Shown here one piece after another: positions 1-9,941 of a stretch of DNA of 64,000 bases. Origin of the DNA: Myxococcota bacterium. Lineage in GTDB: Bacteria > Myxococcota_A > UBA9160 > SMWR01. Position numbers and translations under genes: made by a program. The notes under the pieces are model-generated. The model was not told the DNA's origin, did not search any database, and saw only the letters and a list, made by a program, of their open reading frames with translations. The DNA is taken from assembly GCA_036560145.1 (NCBI GenBank), contig DATBRV010000141.1:13982-77981 (forward strand), written 5' to 3'. Every line of letters starts with the position of its first letter. The stretch's first letter is position 1.

Positions 1-970
1 GTCGGGCCGCATGATGCTGATGATGGACCCGCCCGAGCATGCGCGTTATCGAAAGCTGGTGAGCTCGGCCTTCACGCCGCGGCGCATCGAAGCGCTGGAG
101 ACGCACATCCGCGGGATCGTGCGCGCGATCCTCGACAACGTGGCCCACAAGGGCGAGTGCGATTTCGTGACCGACGTCGCCGCCGAGCTGCCGCTCCAGG
201 TGATCGCGGAGTTCCTCGGGGTCCCCCAGTCCGACCGCCACAAAATCTTCGAGTGGAGCAACAAGCTGATCGGATTCGAGGATCCGGAGTTCCAGCGGAC
301 GATGGGCGACGGCATGAAGGCCGCGCTCGAGATGTACCTGTACGCGAACGGGCTGGCCGAGCAGCGCCTGCGCGATCCGCAGGACGACATCGTGAGCGTG
401 CTGCTCTCGGCCGAGGTCGACGGCGAGAAGCTGAACACGCAGGAGTTCAACGCCTTCTTCCTGCTGCTCGCGGTGGCGGGGAACGAGACCACCCGGAACC
501 TGATCTCGCACGGCATGCGGCTGCTGATCGAGTTTCCCGAGGCGCGGGAGCGCCTGCTCGCCGATCCCTCGCTGCTGCCCTCTGCGGTGGAGGAGATGCT
601 CCGCTACAGCCCGCCCGTGATGTACTTCCGGCGCACCTGCACGCAGGACACCGAGATCCGGGGCAAGCGGATCGCGAAGGGCGACAAGGTGACGGTCTGG
701 TACCCCTCGGCGAATCGCGACGAGGACGTCTTCGAGGCGCCCGACGCGTTCGACGTCGGGCGCAGCCCGAACGACCACCTCGCGTTCGGCGTCGGCGAGC
801 ACTTCTGTCTCGGCTCGCACCTGGCGAGGATCGAGATCATCGCCATCTTCGAGCAGCTGCTGGAGCGGATGCCGGACATGCAGCTCGCGGGCGAGGTCCG
901 CTACCTCAAGAGCCACTTCATCAACGGCGTGAAGTCCATGCCGGTCCGCTTCTCCCCGCGCTACACGTAG
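1..970 (+). CDS. cytochrome P450 (5' end cut by window edge)
   Basis: ORF 11..970, frame stays open to the window start. I-helix AGNETTRN, ExxR EEMLRY, heme-Cys loop FGVGEHFCLG. Paralogous to the P450 at 16009..17241. Confidence 0.9.
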   Translation, partial: SGRMMLMMDPPEHARYRKLVSSAFTPRRIEALETHIRGIVRAILDNVAHKGECDFVTDVAAELPLQVIAEFLGVPQSDRHKIFEWSNKLIGFEDPEFQRTMGDGMKAALEMYLYANGLAEQRLRDPQDDIVSVLLSAEVDGEKLNTQEFNAFFLLLAVAGNETTRNLISHGMRLLIEFPEARERLLADPSLLPSAVEEMLRYSPPVMYFRRTCTQDTEIRGKRIAKGDKVTVWYPSANRDEDVFEAPDAFDVGRSPNDHLAFGVGEHFCLGSHLARIEIIAIFEQLLERMPDMQLAGEVRYLKSHFINGVKSMPVRFSPRYT

Positions 971-999
971 GGCGTGGCGAACCGCAGCGGATCCCATCC

Positions 1000-2340
1000 T
1001 TGACGGCCCCCGCGGAGAGCCGGGTCCCGCTCGGGACGCTGCTGGTCTACGGCCTGCCGAGCCTGTTCGTCTCCTTCACGTTCATGCTGGTGCTCGTCTA
1101 TCTGATGAAGTACGCGACGGACGTGCTACTGATCTCGCCGGTCGTGATGGGCGTCCTCTTCGGCCTCTCGCGCATCTCGGACGCGGTGCTGGATCCCATC
1201 GCCGGCTACCTCTCGGACCGCACCGATTCGCGTCTCGGCCGCCGGCGCTCCTGGCTGCTCGCCTCGGCGCTTCCGCTGGGCGCGACGTTCGTCATGCTGT
1301 GGAGCCCGCCTGCGGGTCTGGAGGGCGTCGCTCTCGCGGCGTGGATGGGGGCCGCGATCTTCGCCTACCACCTTGCGACCACGCTCTTCTCGATCCCGCA
1401 CGAGGCCCTCGGCGCCGAGCTCACGACCAGCTACCACGACCGCACGCGCATCTTCGGAATCCGGCACATCGTCGGCACCCTGGGCAGCCTGCTCGCGCTC
1501 GGCGGCATGTGGCTGCTGATGGAGACCGGGGATCCGCGGCGCACCGCGTTCCAGCTCACGCTCGCGATCGGCGTCGCCTTCGCGCTCTCGACGCTGCTCG
1601 CCGTGCTGCGCTTGCGCGAGCCGGCCGAGCATCAGGGCCGCGGCGGCCGCAACCCCTGGCGCGCCTTTGCCGACGTCTGGCGCAATCCCCACGCGCGGTT
1701 GCTGTTCCTGGTCTTCGGCATCGAGACCTTCGGCACCGCGATCCTATCCGTGATGATCGCCTACGTGATGAAGTACGTGTTCGATCTCGCCCAGTACACC
1801 ACCGCCTTCATGCTGCTCTACTTCGTTCCGGCGATCGTGTTCGTGCCGGTCTGGATCCGGCTCTCGCGGCGCTTCGGCAAGCGCAACCTGTGGATCTTCT
1901 CGATGTCGATGTTGACGCTCGCGTTCGGCGGACTCGCCTTCGTGCGCGCGGGCGACGCCTGGCTCGTCTGCGCGCTCGGCGTGATCGCCGGCGTGGGCGG
2001 CGGCTGCGGCGCCGTGGTGGGCCCTTCCATCCAGGCCGACGTGATCGACTTCGACGAGCGCGCCACCGGCGAGCGCAAGGAAGGCACCTACTTCGCGGTC
2101 TGGGCCTTCGTGCGCAAGAGCGCGTTTGGCGTGGCCACCCTGCTGACCGGGCTGCTGCTCGGGCTGATCGGGTACGAGCCGAACGTCGAGCAGAGCGAAG
2201 CGACGAAGCTCGGGATGCGGACGCTCTTCGGGATCGTTCCGGGCCTCTGCTACCTGGCGGGGACGATCTTCTTCCTGCGCTTCAAGCTCGACGAAGCCGC
2301 CCATCTCGCGATCCGCCGCGAGCTCGACGCCCGCGCCTGA
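1000..2340 (+). CDS. MFS / glycoside-pentoside-hexuronide (GPH) cation symporter-like transporter
   Basis: C-terminal part of ORF 157..2340. About 12 hydrophobic helices and a GPH-like N-terminus (LFGLSRISDAVLDPIAGYLSDRTDSRLGRRR). The only in-frame canonical start after the P450 stop is TTG at 1000, so the start is uncertain. Confidence 0.72.
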   Translation: MTAPAESRVPLGTLLVYGLPSLFVSFTFMLVLVYLMKYATDVLLISPVVMGVLFGLSRISDAVLDPIAGYLSDRTDSRLGRRRSWLLASALPLGATFVMLWSPPAGLEGVALAAWMGAAIFAYHLATTLFSIPHEALGAELTTSYHDRTRIFGIRHIVGTLGSLLALGGMWLLMETGDPRRTAFQLTLAIGVAFALSTLLAVLRLREPAEHQGRGGRNPWRAFADVWRNPHARLLFLVFGIETFGTAILSVMIAYVMKYVFDLAQYTTAFMLLYFVPAIVFVPVWIRLSRRFGKRNLWIFSMSMLTLAFGGLAFVRAGDAWLVCALGVIAGVGGGCGAVVGPSIQADVIDFDERATGERKEGTYFAVWAFVRKSAFGVATLLTGLLLGLIGYEPNVEQSEATKLGMRTLFGIVPGLCYLAGTIFFLRFKLDEAAHLAIRRELDARA

Positions 2341-2342
2341 GC

Positions 2343-3956
2343 ATGCGCGCGCTGGCGGGGACCCTGGCGCTGATCGGGCTGCTCGCGCTCGCGCTGGCCC
2401 TGCGCCTGCCGGGCCTGTCCGCCATCCCGCTCCACCAGGACGAGGGCTTGAACGCCTGGCTCACGCTGGCGCTGCATTGGTGGGGGCGGTTCGAATATCT
2501 GCCCAGCGACAACCACGGTCCGTTCCTCTACTACGCGGGCGCCCTCTGCTTCCGCGCGCTGGGACCGTCGGAGCTGTCGCTGCGCCTCGCGCCGGCGTTG
2601 GCGGGCGCGCTGCTCCCGCTCGCGCTGTTCCCGGCGCGGCGTTGCTTCGCGAGCGGCGGTCTCTGGGTGGCGGGGATCCTGCTCGCGGTCGCGCCCGGGC
2701 TCGTCTATTTCTCGCGCGCGGCGATTCACGAGATCTTTCTCGCGCTCTTCACCGCGCTCTGGGCCGCCTGCCTGGCGCGCTTCGCCCTGCGCCCTTCCCC
2801 GGGCTGGGCGGCCGCCTGCGGCGCGGCCGCGGCGGGCTGCTTCATCACCAAGGAAACGGCCCTGCTCACGACGGCGAGCCTCGCCGTGGGCGCGCTGCCG
2901 GCGGGGGCGGCGTGGCTCACCGCGCAGCCGGACCGCGGGCGACGGGCGCTCGCGCTCCTGCGCGAGGCCGCGCGCTCCGCGCCCGCCGGGCTGCTGGTGT
3001 TCGCCGCGCTGATCGTCGTCTTCTACAGCTCCTTCTTCAGGCATGCCGCCGGCCTGCGCGGCTTCTTCGAGGCGTTCGGACCGTGGGTCGAGTACGCGAC
3101 GACCGGCCGCAACCAGGCCAAGCCCTTCGGTTGGTTCTGGGAGCTGATGGCCTCCAGCGAGGGCGGCTACCGCTGGCTGGCGCTCCCGGCCGCGGCGCTC
3201 GCGTGCTGGCGCCACGATCCCCTGGGCCTCGCTCTCACGGGCTGGGCGCTCGCCTCCTTCCTGATCTACTCGGCAATCCCGTATAAGACACCCTGGTGTG
3301 TCCTCGAGATCGACCTGCCGGTCTTCCTGCTGGTCGGTTGGGCGGCGGGCGTCTGCCTCGCGGCGGCGCGGGATGCGGCGCGGCGTCCGGCGGCGCGGAT
3401 CGCCGGGCTGCTCGCCTTCGCGGCGGCGCTGGCGCCGGCCCCCGGCCTGCTGGCCCGCAGCCTCGAGGACATCCGCTCTCGCTACGACGATCCGACGCGC
3501 CCCTACGTGTATCACCATACCCAGCGGGAATTCTTCAGCATGCTCCAGGATCTCTTCGGCGTGGCGGACGCCGCGCCCGGCGCGGATGGACGCGGCCCGC
3601 GGGTCGTGAACAGCGAAGCCGCGGATCCCGTGCGCTGGTATCTGCTCTCGCGGGGCTGGGCGCTGGAGCGGATGCGCCAGCTCGAGAATCCGGCCCCGCC
3701 GCTCGCCTGGCTCGAGGAGGCGGAGGTCGTGATCAGCTCGCGGCGCCACCTCGCGGAGGTGCGAAAGCTGGTGGCTGCGACCGGCGATGGATGGCACGAG
3801 GCGAGCTATCCGACGCGGCCCGGCGTCGCGACCAGCGTCTTCTACCGCCAGGCGCTCTGGGACCGCTACCAGGCGGCGGGCGGGCGGACCGCCTCGCCCT
3901 GGCCGCGCCCGGCCGTGGATCCGCCCGCGCCGCCGATGCCGCCCGAAGTCCGCTGA
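2343..3956 (+). CDS. polytopic membrane protein, GT39/ArnT-PMT-like (TIGR03663-like)
   Basis: ATG at 2343, 2 nt after the upstream stop, inside ORF 1299..3956. N-terminal LHQDEG...HGPFLYY motif and many TM helices. The family assignment is from memory of the TIGR03663 signature. Confidence 0.6.
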   Translation: MRALAGTLALIGLLALALALRLPGLSAIPLHQDEGLNAWLTLALHWWGRFEYLPSDNHGPFLYYAGALCFRALGPSELSLRLAPALAGALLPLALFPARRCFASGGLWVAGILLAVAPGLVYFSRAAIHEIFLALFTALWAACLARFALRPSPGWAAACGAAAAGCFITKETALLTTASLAVGALPAGAAWLTAQPDRGRRALALLREAARSAPAGLLVFAALIVVFYSSFFRHAAGLRGFFEAFGPWVEYATTGRNQAKPFGWFWELMASSEGGYRWLALPAAALACWRHDPLGLALTGWALASFLIYSAIPYKTPWCVLEIDLPVFLLVGWAAGVCLAAARDAARRPAARIAGLLAFAAALAPAPGLLARSLEDIRSRYDDPTRPYVYHHTQREFFSMLQDLFGVADAAPGADGRGPRVVNSEAADPVRWYLLSRGWALERMRQLENPAPPLAWLEEAEVVISSRRHLAEVRKLVAATGDGWHEASYPTRPGVATSVFYRQALWDRYQAAGGRTASPWPRPAVDPPAPPMPPEVR

Positions 3957-3992
3957 AGCGCGGCCGGCGGGGATCGAGGAGAATCCGGCGGC

Positions 3993-5192
3993 ATGCCGCC
4001 GCTCCACCCCGCCTATCCGTGGTTCATCGCGACCGTTTCCTGCTGGTTCGCCGCCTTTGGCGCGCAGTCGGTCCTGTTCTCGTGGCTGGTGGCCGGTGAG
4101 CTGCACGCCGGCGCTTCCGAGGTGGGCGCCGCGCAGATGGCGGGCATGCTTCCCTCGGCGCTCTTCCTGCTCTTCGGCGGCGCCAAGGCGGACCGCAGCG
4201 ATTGCCGGGCGCTGCTCACGCGCGTCTACGCGTCCGCCGCCGGCCTGACCGCGGCGCTGTTCGCGCTGGTCTCGCTCGGCTGGCTCTCGTTCCCGCTGCT
4301 GATCGCGTTCGCGCTGGCGCTCGGCACCGTCACCGCCTTCGGCATGCCGGCGCGCGACGCGCTGCTCTCCGAGGTCGCTGGCGGCGACATGATGCGCGCG
4401 GTCACGGGCCTCACGCTCGCGCAGTGGGGCTCGCAGGCGGTCGGGAACCTGCTCGGGAGCTCCGCGCGCTGGCTCGAGACCGGCCCCGCGCTCTGCATTC
4501 CGGCGCTGGTGTTCGCGGCCGGGATCGCGCCTCTCCGGCGGCTGCCCTCGCGCGCCGCGCCCGCGACGGCCGCGCGTCCATCCGTGCGCCAGACGCTGAG
4601 CGAGATCGGCGAGGGGCTGCGCGAGGTGGCGCACTCGCCGGTGCTGCGCCCGGTGATGCTGCTGGTCGCATCGGTGGGGATCTTCTTCATGGGGCCGTTC
4701 ATGGTCGTGCTGCCGCTGCTCGTGCGCGACCACTTCGGCGGCGACGTCGCGCAGCTCTCGCTGCTCGGCGCCGCCTTCCCGGGCGGCATCATCCTGGGCT
4801 CGCTGGTGCTGCTTGCGCGCGGCGGCCTGCGGCGCAAGGGCCGCGCGCAGCTCGTCTCGCTCTACACCGGGTCGGCGTCGCTGGCGGCGATCGCGCTCGG
4901 GCCGCCGCTGGCGGGCACGCTGGCGGCCATCTTCGTGTGGGGCGTGACGGCGTCCGTCTTCATGAACGCCGGCCGCGCGCTCTTCCAGCAGGCCGCGCCC
5001 TCCACGCACCGCGGCCGAGTGCTCTCCATCTACGCGCTCGGCTTCATGGGCAGCGCGCCGCTCGGCGCGCTCGTCTCCGGCCTGCTCGCGGACGCCGTGG
5101 GGCCGCTCGCCACCTGCGCGATCTGCGCGCTCGCGATGACGGCGCTGGCGACGGGCGCGTCGTTGCTCTCGGGCGTCTCGAAGCTCGAGTGA
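3993..5192 (+). CDS. MFS transporter
   Basis: ORF 3993..5192. About 12 TM helices with MFS-like loop patterning; ATG preceded by GAGGAG. Confidence 0.8.
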   Translation: MPPLHPAYPWFIATVSCWFAAFGAQSVLFSWLVAGELHAGASEVGAAQMAGMLPSALFLLFGGAKADRSDCRALLTRVYASAAGLTAALFALVSLGWLSFPLLIAFALALGTVTAFGMPARDALLSEVAGGDMMRAVTGLTLAQWGSQAVGNLLGSSARWLETGPALCIPALVFAAGIAPLRRLPSRAAPATAARPSVRQTLSEIGEGLREVAHSPVLRPVMLLVASVGIFFMGPFMVVLPLLVRDHFGGDVAQLSLLGAAFPGGIILGSLVLLARGGLRRKGRAQLVSLYTGSASLAAIALGPPLAGTLAAIFVWGVTASVFMNAGRALFQQAAPSTHRGRVLSIYALGFMGSAPLGALVSGLLADAVGPLATCAICALAMTALATGASLLSGVSKLE

Positions 5193-5204
5193 GCGGCGGC
5201 GCGA

Positions 5205-6425
5205 TCAGGCGATCGCGCGGTGCGCGCGCTGGGTGAGCTCGGGGATGGCGAGGCCGTGCGGACAGGCGTTCGCGCAGGCCTGGTGCGGGCAGGTGAGGCA
5301 GGCCGCCGCGCCGGCGCCGAGCGCGGCGTATTCGGAGCGCGCGAGCCGGAGATCGCCGTAGTCCTCGGCGTACATGCGCGTGCGCAGCACGTCCGAGATC
5401 GGCACGCCCGCCGGGCAGGCGCTCGCGCAATCGCCGCAGCCGTAGCGGCACTGGGTCGCGCCGTGGCGCGCCTGGTAGCGCTCGAGCAGTTTTTCGTCCG
5501 CGCGCGTCGGCGCTTCCCAGCCGCTCGCGCCCAGGTACTCGTCGACCTGCTCGCGTCCGTTCATGGTGACGATCAGCGCGTCGACGAGCCCGGTCGAGAA
5601 GACCCAGCGGAAGGCGGCCTGCGCGAAGCTGGCGCTGCCCATCTCGAAGGGGCGCATGTCGTTCAGCTTCGCGCCTCGCAGCGTCTTCATGGCGACGATA
5701 CCGACCCCCTGCGCGCGTGCCTTGCGCAGCACGCGCGGGAGATCCGGCTGCACGGCCACCCAATCGAGGTTCCTGGTGAAGCGCTGGAAGAAGGCCGGAT
5801 CCTGCCCGAAGTTGAAGCCGACCAGGACCACGTCGACCAGCGACTGATCCAGGGCGTAGTCGAGGCACTCGACCAGCCGCCCCCCGTGCCCGGACATCCC
5901 CGTGAAGCGGATCTTCCCGGCCTGCTTCGCGCGCGAGACGAACTCGGGCCACTCGGGGTTCCGGAGGCGCGCGACGTCGTTCACGGCGTGGTTGAAGTAC
6001 ACGTCGATGTGATCGGTGCGCAGGCGCTTCAGGCTCCCGTCGAGCGACTTCATCAGGACGCCGCGCGAGGTGTCGGGCTGGGTGCCCACCTTCGAGGCGA
6101 GGATCACGCGCTCCCGGCTGCCGGCCAGCGCGCGACCGAGCGTCTCTTCCGAGCGCCCGTGCTGATAGCCCTCGGCGGTGTCGAAGTAGGTGATGCCCCG
6201 CGCGAGCGCGTGCTGGACCAGCGGGACGTCGCCGTCGAGGCTGCTCGAGCCGAAGCCGAGGTCCGAGATGCGAAGGCCCGTGCGCCCGAGCGTGCGCTCG
6301 CGCCGCACGCGCGGCTCCTCGGCCGCCAGCGCCGCGCCGGCGGCGAGGGGCAGGAGTCCCACGCTGGCGCCCGCGAGCGCGCCGCGCCGGAGGAACTCGC
6401 GCCGATCGATGCCGCCATCACCCAT
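5205..6425 (-). CDS. aldo/keto reductase with Tat signal and C-terminal di-[4Fe-4S]-type Cys motifs
   Basis: ORF 5205..6425. Twin-arginine N-terminus DRREFLRRGALAG, AKR core (GITYFDTAEGY, DHIDVYFNH). C-terminal CRYGCGDCASACP and CLTCPHQACANACP. Confidence 0.85.
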   Translation of the reverse strand: MGDGGIDRREFLRRGALAGASVGLLPLAAGAALAAEEPRVRRERTLGRTGLRISDLGFGSSSLDGDVPLVQHALARGITYFDTAEGYQHGRSEETLGRALAGSRERVILASKVGTQPDTSRGVLMKSLDGSLKRLRTDHIDVYFNHAVNDVARLRNPEWPEFVSRAKQAGKIRFTGMSGHGGRLVECLDYALDQSLVDVVLVGFNFGQDPAFFQRFTRNLDWVAVQPDLPRVLRKARAQGVGIVAMKTLRGAKLNDMRPFEMGSASFAQAAFRWVFSTGLVDALIVTMNGREQVDEYLGASGWEAPTRADEKLLERYQARHGATQCRYGCGDCASACPAGVPISDVLRTRMYAEDYGDLRLARSEYAALGAGAAACLTCPHQACANACPHGLAIPELTQRAHRAIA

Positions 6426-6580
6426 CGTAGCCGCGCCCCGGGTTTCGAGGCTAGCACGGCTCGCGTGGCTGGAGACCCCGCGCTATTCCCTCGCGTCGGG
6501 GGTTGCTTCGCCATGCAGGCCGTCCTCGTCCTCCTGTTCGTGTCGATCGCTGCCTCGGCGCCGGAGGCGGGCCCACCGAG

Positions 6581-7000
6581 ATGACGGGCTTCTTGATCCG
6601 CTGGGCGGTCTCGGCGCTGGCGCTGTGGGTGGCGCAGGCGCTGGTGCCGGGAATCCGGATCCAGGGTGCGGCGACGCTGTGGATCGCCGCGCTGCTGCTC
6701 GGCTTCGTGAACGCCGTCGTGCGCCCGCTGCTGATCGTCTTCACGCTGCCGATCACGATCCTGACGCTGGGGCTCTTCCTGCTCGTGATCAACGCCGCGA
6801 TGCTGGGCCTGGTCGCCGCCATGCTGGATCGTTTCGCGATCAGCGGATTCTGGTCCGCGCTGGCGGGCGCGGTGGTGGTGAGCCTGGTCTCGTGGCTGGT
6901 CTCCTCGACGATCGGGAATTCCGCCCGCGTCGAGATGTTCGTCGTCCGTCAACGCGCGGCGAGCACGAGTGCCGCGTCGGGACCGAGAACGCCCCTATAG
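6581..7000 (+). CDS. DUF360 / phage-holin-family-IV-like small membrane protein
   Basis: Internal ATG 6581 of ORF 6503..7000. MTGFLIRWAVSALALWVA...GFVNAVVRPLLIVFTLPITILTLGLFLLVINA is typical of this 4-TM family. Its 3' end overlaps the convergent GH13 gene by 52 nt. Confidence 0.7.
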   Translation: MTGFLIRWAVSALALWVAQALVPGIRIQGAATLWIAALLLGFVNAVVRPLLIVFTLPITILTLGLFLLVINAAMLGLVAAMLDRFAISGFWSALAGAVVVSLVSWLVSSTIGNSARVEMFVVRQRAASTSAASGPRTPL

Positions 7001-8472
7001 GCCGCCCCTTCGCCGCGGCCGTCGCTCGCGACCTCCACGCGCCACGCTCCGGGCAGCTTCAGCGCGGCCGGCTCGCCGGTGTAGTTCACCAGCAGGATCC
7101 GACGATCGCCCGCCGCGGCGCGCTCCCACGCGAGCACGCCCGCGGGCGAAGCGTGCCAGGCGAAGGAGCCCTCGCGCAGCGCGGGCGAGGCGCGCCGCGC
7201 GGCGAGCAGCCGCCGATACAGGTTCAGGACCGAGCCCGGCTCCTCGCGCTGCGCCGCGACGCTGCGGCGCTCGGCTTCGGGCGGCCACGGCAGCCACGGA
7301 TCCGCGCTGCTCCAGCCATGCGTCGCGCCGCGCTCCCAGGGGATCGGCGCGCGGCAGCCGTCGCGGCCGCCGGGGTCGAGCACCCGTCCGGCGGGAACCG
7401 CCGCATCCTCGAGGCCCAGCTCTTCGCCCGCGTACAGGAAGGGCGTCCCGCGCAGCCCGAGCAGCAGCACGGCGGCGGCGCGCGCGCGCGCCTCGCTCCC
7501 ATAGCGCGTGCGGTGGCGCCGATTGTCGTGGTTCGAGAGCGCCCAGGTGGGCCAGGCGTCGCGGGGGTCGAACTCGGCGATCGCGCGCTCGATCTGCGCG
7601 CGCCAGACGGCGGCGTCCCAGGGTGCAAAGATCGGCGGGAAATTGAAGGCGAGGTGGAGCTCGTCGCCCTGCCCGTAGTAGCGCGCGACGATCTCGGTCC
7701 ACGGCACCCCCACCTCTCCCACCATCACCCGCTCGCCGGGGTAGGCGCCCAGCAGGCGCCGGATGTCGCGCAGCAGGCCGTGCGTCGATTCGACGTCGTT
7801 GAGCGCGCAGGCCGGGATGATCGCGCGCTCGGCCGGCACGTCCGGCAGCGCCGGATCCTTTCCGATGCAGTGGATCACGTCCATCCGGAAGCCGTCGACG
7901 CCGCGGTCCAGCCAGAAACGGAGGGTGTCGTGCATGGCCGCCACCACCTCCGGATTCGCCCAGTTGAGGTCGGGTTGCTCGGGTAGGAAGAGGCGGAGGT
8001 ACCACTGCCCGGTGGCTTCGTCCCAGGTCCAGGCGGGGCCCTTCGGAAAGGCGGCCTGCCAGTTGTTCGGCGGCCGGCCCCCGCTGCCGTCGCGCCAGAC
8101 GTACCAGTCGCGCTTGCGCGACTTCCGCGAAGCGCGCGCCTCGCGAAACCACGGATGCTGGTCGCTGGTGTGATTGGGAACCCAGTCGATGATCACGCGC
8201 AGCCCGCGCGCGTGGGCTTCGGCCAGCAGGCGGTCGAAGTCTGCGAGCGATCCGAACAGCGGGTCGACGTCGCGGTAGTCGGATACGTCGTAGCCGTAAT
8301 CCTTCATGGGGGAGCGGAAGAAGGGCGAGATCCAGACCGCGTCGACGCCGAGCCAGACCAGATGATCGAGCCGCCTGCGGATGCCCTCGAGATCTCCCAC
8401 GCCGTCGCCGTTCGTGTCGAGGAAGCTGCGCGGATAGATCTGGTAGAAGACGGCGGTCTGCCACCACGGCAT
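6949..8472 (-). CDS. GH13 alpha-glucosidase / oligo-1,6-glucosidase family
   Basis: ATG at 8472 (MPWWQTAVFYQIYPRSF) inside ORF 6949..8913. GH13 regions DAVWISPFF, DGFRMDVIHCIGK, MVGEV, LSNHDN. Confidence 0.9.
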   Translation of the reverse strand: MPWWQTAVFYQIYPRSFLDTNGDGVGDLEGIRRRLDHLVWLGVDAVWISPFFRSPMKDYGYDVSDYRDVDPLFGSLADFDRLLAEAHARGLRVIIDWVPNHTSDQHPWFREARASRKSRKRDWYVWRDGSGGRPPNNWQAAFPKGPAWTWDEATGQWYLRLFLPEQPDLNWANPEVVAAMHDTLRFWLDRGVDGFRMDVIHCIGKDPALPDVPAERAIIPACALNDVESTHGLLRDIRRLLGAYPGERVMVGEVGVPWTEIVARYYGQGDELHLAFNFPPIFAPWDAAVWRAQIERAIAEFDPRDAWPTWALSNHDNRRHRTRYGSEARARAAAVLLLGLRGTPFLYAGEELGLEDAAVPAGRVLDPGGRDGCRAPIPWERGATHGWSSADPWLPWPPEAERRSVAAQREEPGSVLNLYRRLLAARRASPALREGSFAWHASPAGVLAWERAAAGDRRILLVNYTGEPAALKLPGAWRVEVASDGRGEGAAYRGVLGPDAALVLAAR

Positions 8473-8553
8473 GCGGGAACCCTCTCCGAGAGCGCCACGT
8501 ATAGCGCGCGCCGCTTGAATTGCGCCGGGCCCCGCGGAATCATCGGCGGCGAC

Positions 8554-8910
8554 ATGCGCGCAAACCCCGGCCCGAGCCGGATCCTGCTGGCGAGCCTCCT
8601 GTGCGCGGCCTTTCTGGCCGCCTCGCTCGCCCCCTGTCCGCCCCGCGCGAGCGCCGAGCACGCCGCCGCGGCGGAGCACCCCCCCGGCTGCGAAATGCAC
8701 GAGCCCTCGCTCTCCGTGACGGCGGCCTGCCCGTGCGGATGCGGAGAGCGCGCGCCGGTGGCCGGAAGCTCGGCTCGTCTCGGGGTCGTCCTGCCTTCCT
8801 CTCCGGCGAGCTTCGATGCGGCCTTCGCGGCGGAGCAGGTGCCGCCGGCGGACCCGATTCTCGAAGGCTCCTTCACCCCGCGCATCGATCACGTTCCGCT
8901 TCCGGCGTAG
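8554..8910 (+). CDS. secreted Cys/His/Met-rich small protein (unknown function)
   Basis: ATG 8554 inside ORF 8155..8910. Signal-peptide-like N-terminus, then EHAAAAEHPPGCEMHEPSLSVTAACPCGCGE. First gene of a three-gene co-directional set. Confidence 0.5.
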   Translation: MRANPGPSRILLASLLCAAFLAASLAPCPPRASAEHAAAAEHPPGCEMHEPSLSVTAACPCGCGERAPVAGSSARLGVVLPSSPASFDAAFAAEQVPPADPILEGSFTPRIDHVPLPA

Positions 8911-8959
8911 CAACGCGCTTCGAAACCGAATCCCGCGTTCGAAACCGGAGGATTCCCTC

Positions 8960-9940
8960 GTGCGTAGCTACACGTCCGTGTTGGCGACGGCAGGAGCCGT
9001 CGCCTCTGCTGCCATTGCGTTTTCCGATCCCGCGCGGGCCTGCTCGGTCTGCCAGGCGGGAGATCCGCTCTTCTCCGCCGGCGGCGCCGCCGCCCAGGAG
9101 CAGGGCACCTTCTTCGGGTACCTGGAGGGCCAGGGCTGGCGCAAGACCAGCGGCCTGCTCCCCCACCACGCCGGCGAAGAAGCCGAGCCGGGCCGCGAGG
9201 TGAACGAGAGCTCGGCGCTCTCCCTCTTCCTGGGCTGGACGCCGCTCGACCGCCTGACCGTCACCCTGGTGACGCCATGGCGTTTCAACGAGATCACCGA
9301 GGAGCCGGAGGGCGAGATCCCGGAGACCTCGCGGCTGAACGGCTTCAGCGATCTCTCGCTGCACGTGGGAGCCGTGCTCTGGCGCAATCGCGACGTGCTG
9401 CCCTCCAGCTGGATCGAGCTGCGGGGCTTCGGCAAGGCGCCGACCGGGAAATCGCACCAGAGCGTCGACGGCGTTCAGGACCCGCATCTCCAGCTCGGGA
9501 CCGGATCCTGGGATTTTGGCTTCGGGCTGGCGGCCGCCCACCGCCTCGCGTGGGGATCGCTCTATGCGAGCGCGATGTATCGTGAGAACCTGGAGGGGTC
9601 GCTCGACTATCGCTATGGGGACGTCGTGCTCACCAACCTGGTGTTCGAGATGCCGCTCTCGCACTTCCTGGCGGACCCGGTGATGGGCGCCCTGACGCCC
9701 GGCGTCGAGCTGAACTTCCGCTACGCGGAGAAGGATCGCTATCAGGGCTCCGACTACGAGAGCAGCGGTGGCTCCGTGCTCTACCTCACCCCGACGCTGC
9801 GGGTCCGGCTACCCTGGTTCTCCGGGCAGCGCCCGCCCTTCCTGAGGCTCGCCGTGCAGGTTCCGGTCACCCAGAGCTGGCTCTACGGCCAGCAACACGA
9901 GGGGTCCGTCTGGTCGGCGGGCCTCGGGATGGCCTACTGA
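8960..9940 (+). CDS. putative outer-membrane beta-barrel protein with N-terminal CxxC
   Basis: GTG 8960 preceded by GGAGGA, inside ORF 8816..9940. Signal peptide, CSVCQAGDP after the predicted cleavage site, alternating amphipathic strands, C-terminal aromatic residue (GLGMAY). Confidence 0.55.
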   Translation: MRSYTSVLATAGAVASAAIAFSDPARACSVCQAGDPLFSAGGAAAQEQGTFFGYLEGQGWRKTSGLLPHHAGEEAEPGREVNESSALSLFLGWTPLDRLTVTLVTPWRFNEITEEPEGEIPETSRLNGFSDLSLHVGAVLWRNRDVLPSSWIELRGFGKAPTGKSHQSVDGVQDPHLQLGTGSWDFGFGLAAAHRLAWGSLYASAMYRENLEGSLDYRYGDVVLTNLVFEMPLSHFLADPVMGALTPGVELNFRYAEKDRYQGSDYESSGGSVLYLTPTLRVRLPWFSGQRPPFLRLAVQVPVTQSWLYGQQHEGSVWSAGLGMAY

Positions 9941-9941
9941 A

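Noticed and set aside
2476-2492. ggttcgaat, a tRNA T-arm-like string (a similar aggttcgatgacc occurs at 30317).
   Set aside because: No complementary acceptor, D or anticodon stems surround it. The first lies in frame inside a membrane-protein CDS (WWGRFEYL). I found no tRNA or rRNA in the window.
2250-5009. 919-aa minus-strand ORF, and many similar long ORFs (e.g. 14590..17739 of the 1198-aa ORF, 19781..22423, 25821..26174, 51152..53476, 52621..54492).
   Set aside because: The translations are Arg/Ala/Pro/Gly-rich low-complexity sequence with no family motifs. They lie antisense or out of frame to genes with clear motifs. This is typical shadow-ORF behaviour of very GC-rich DNA.
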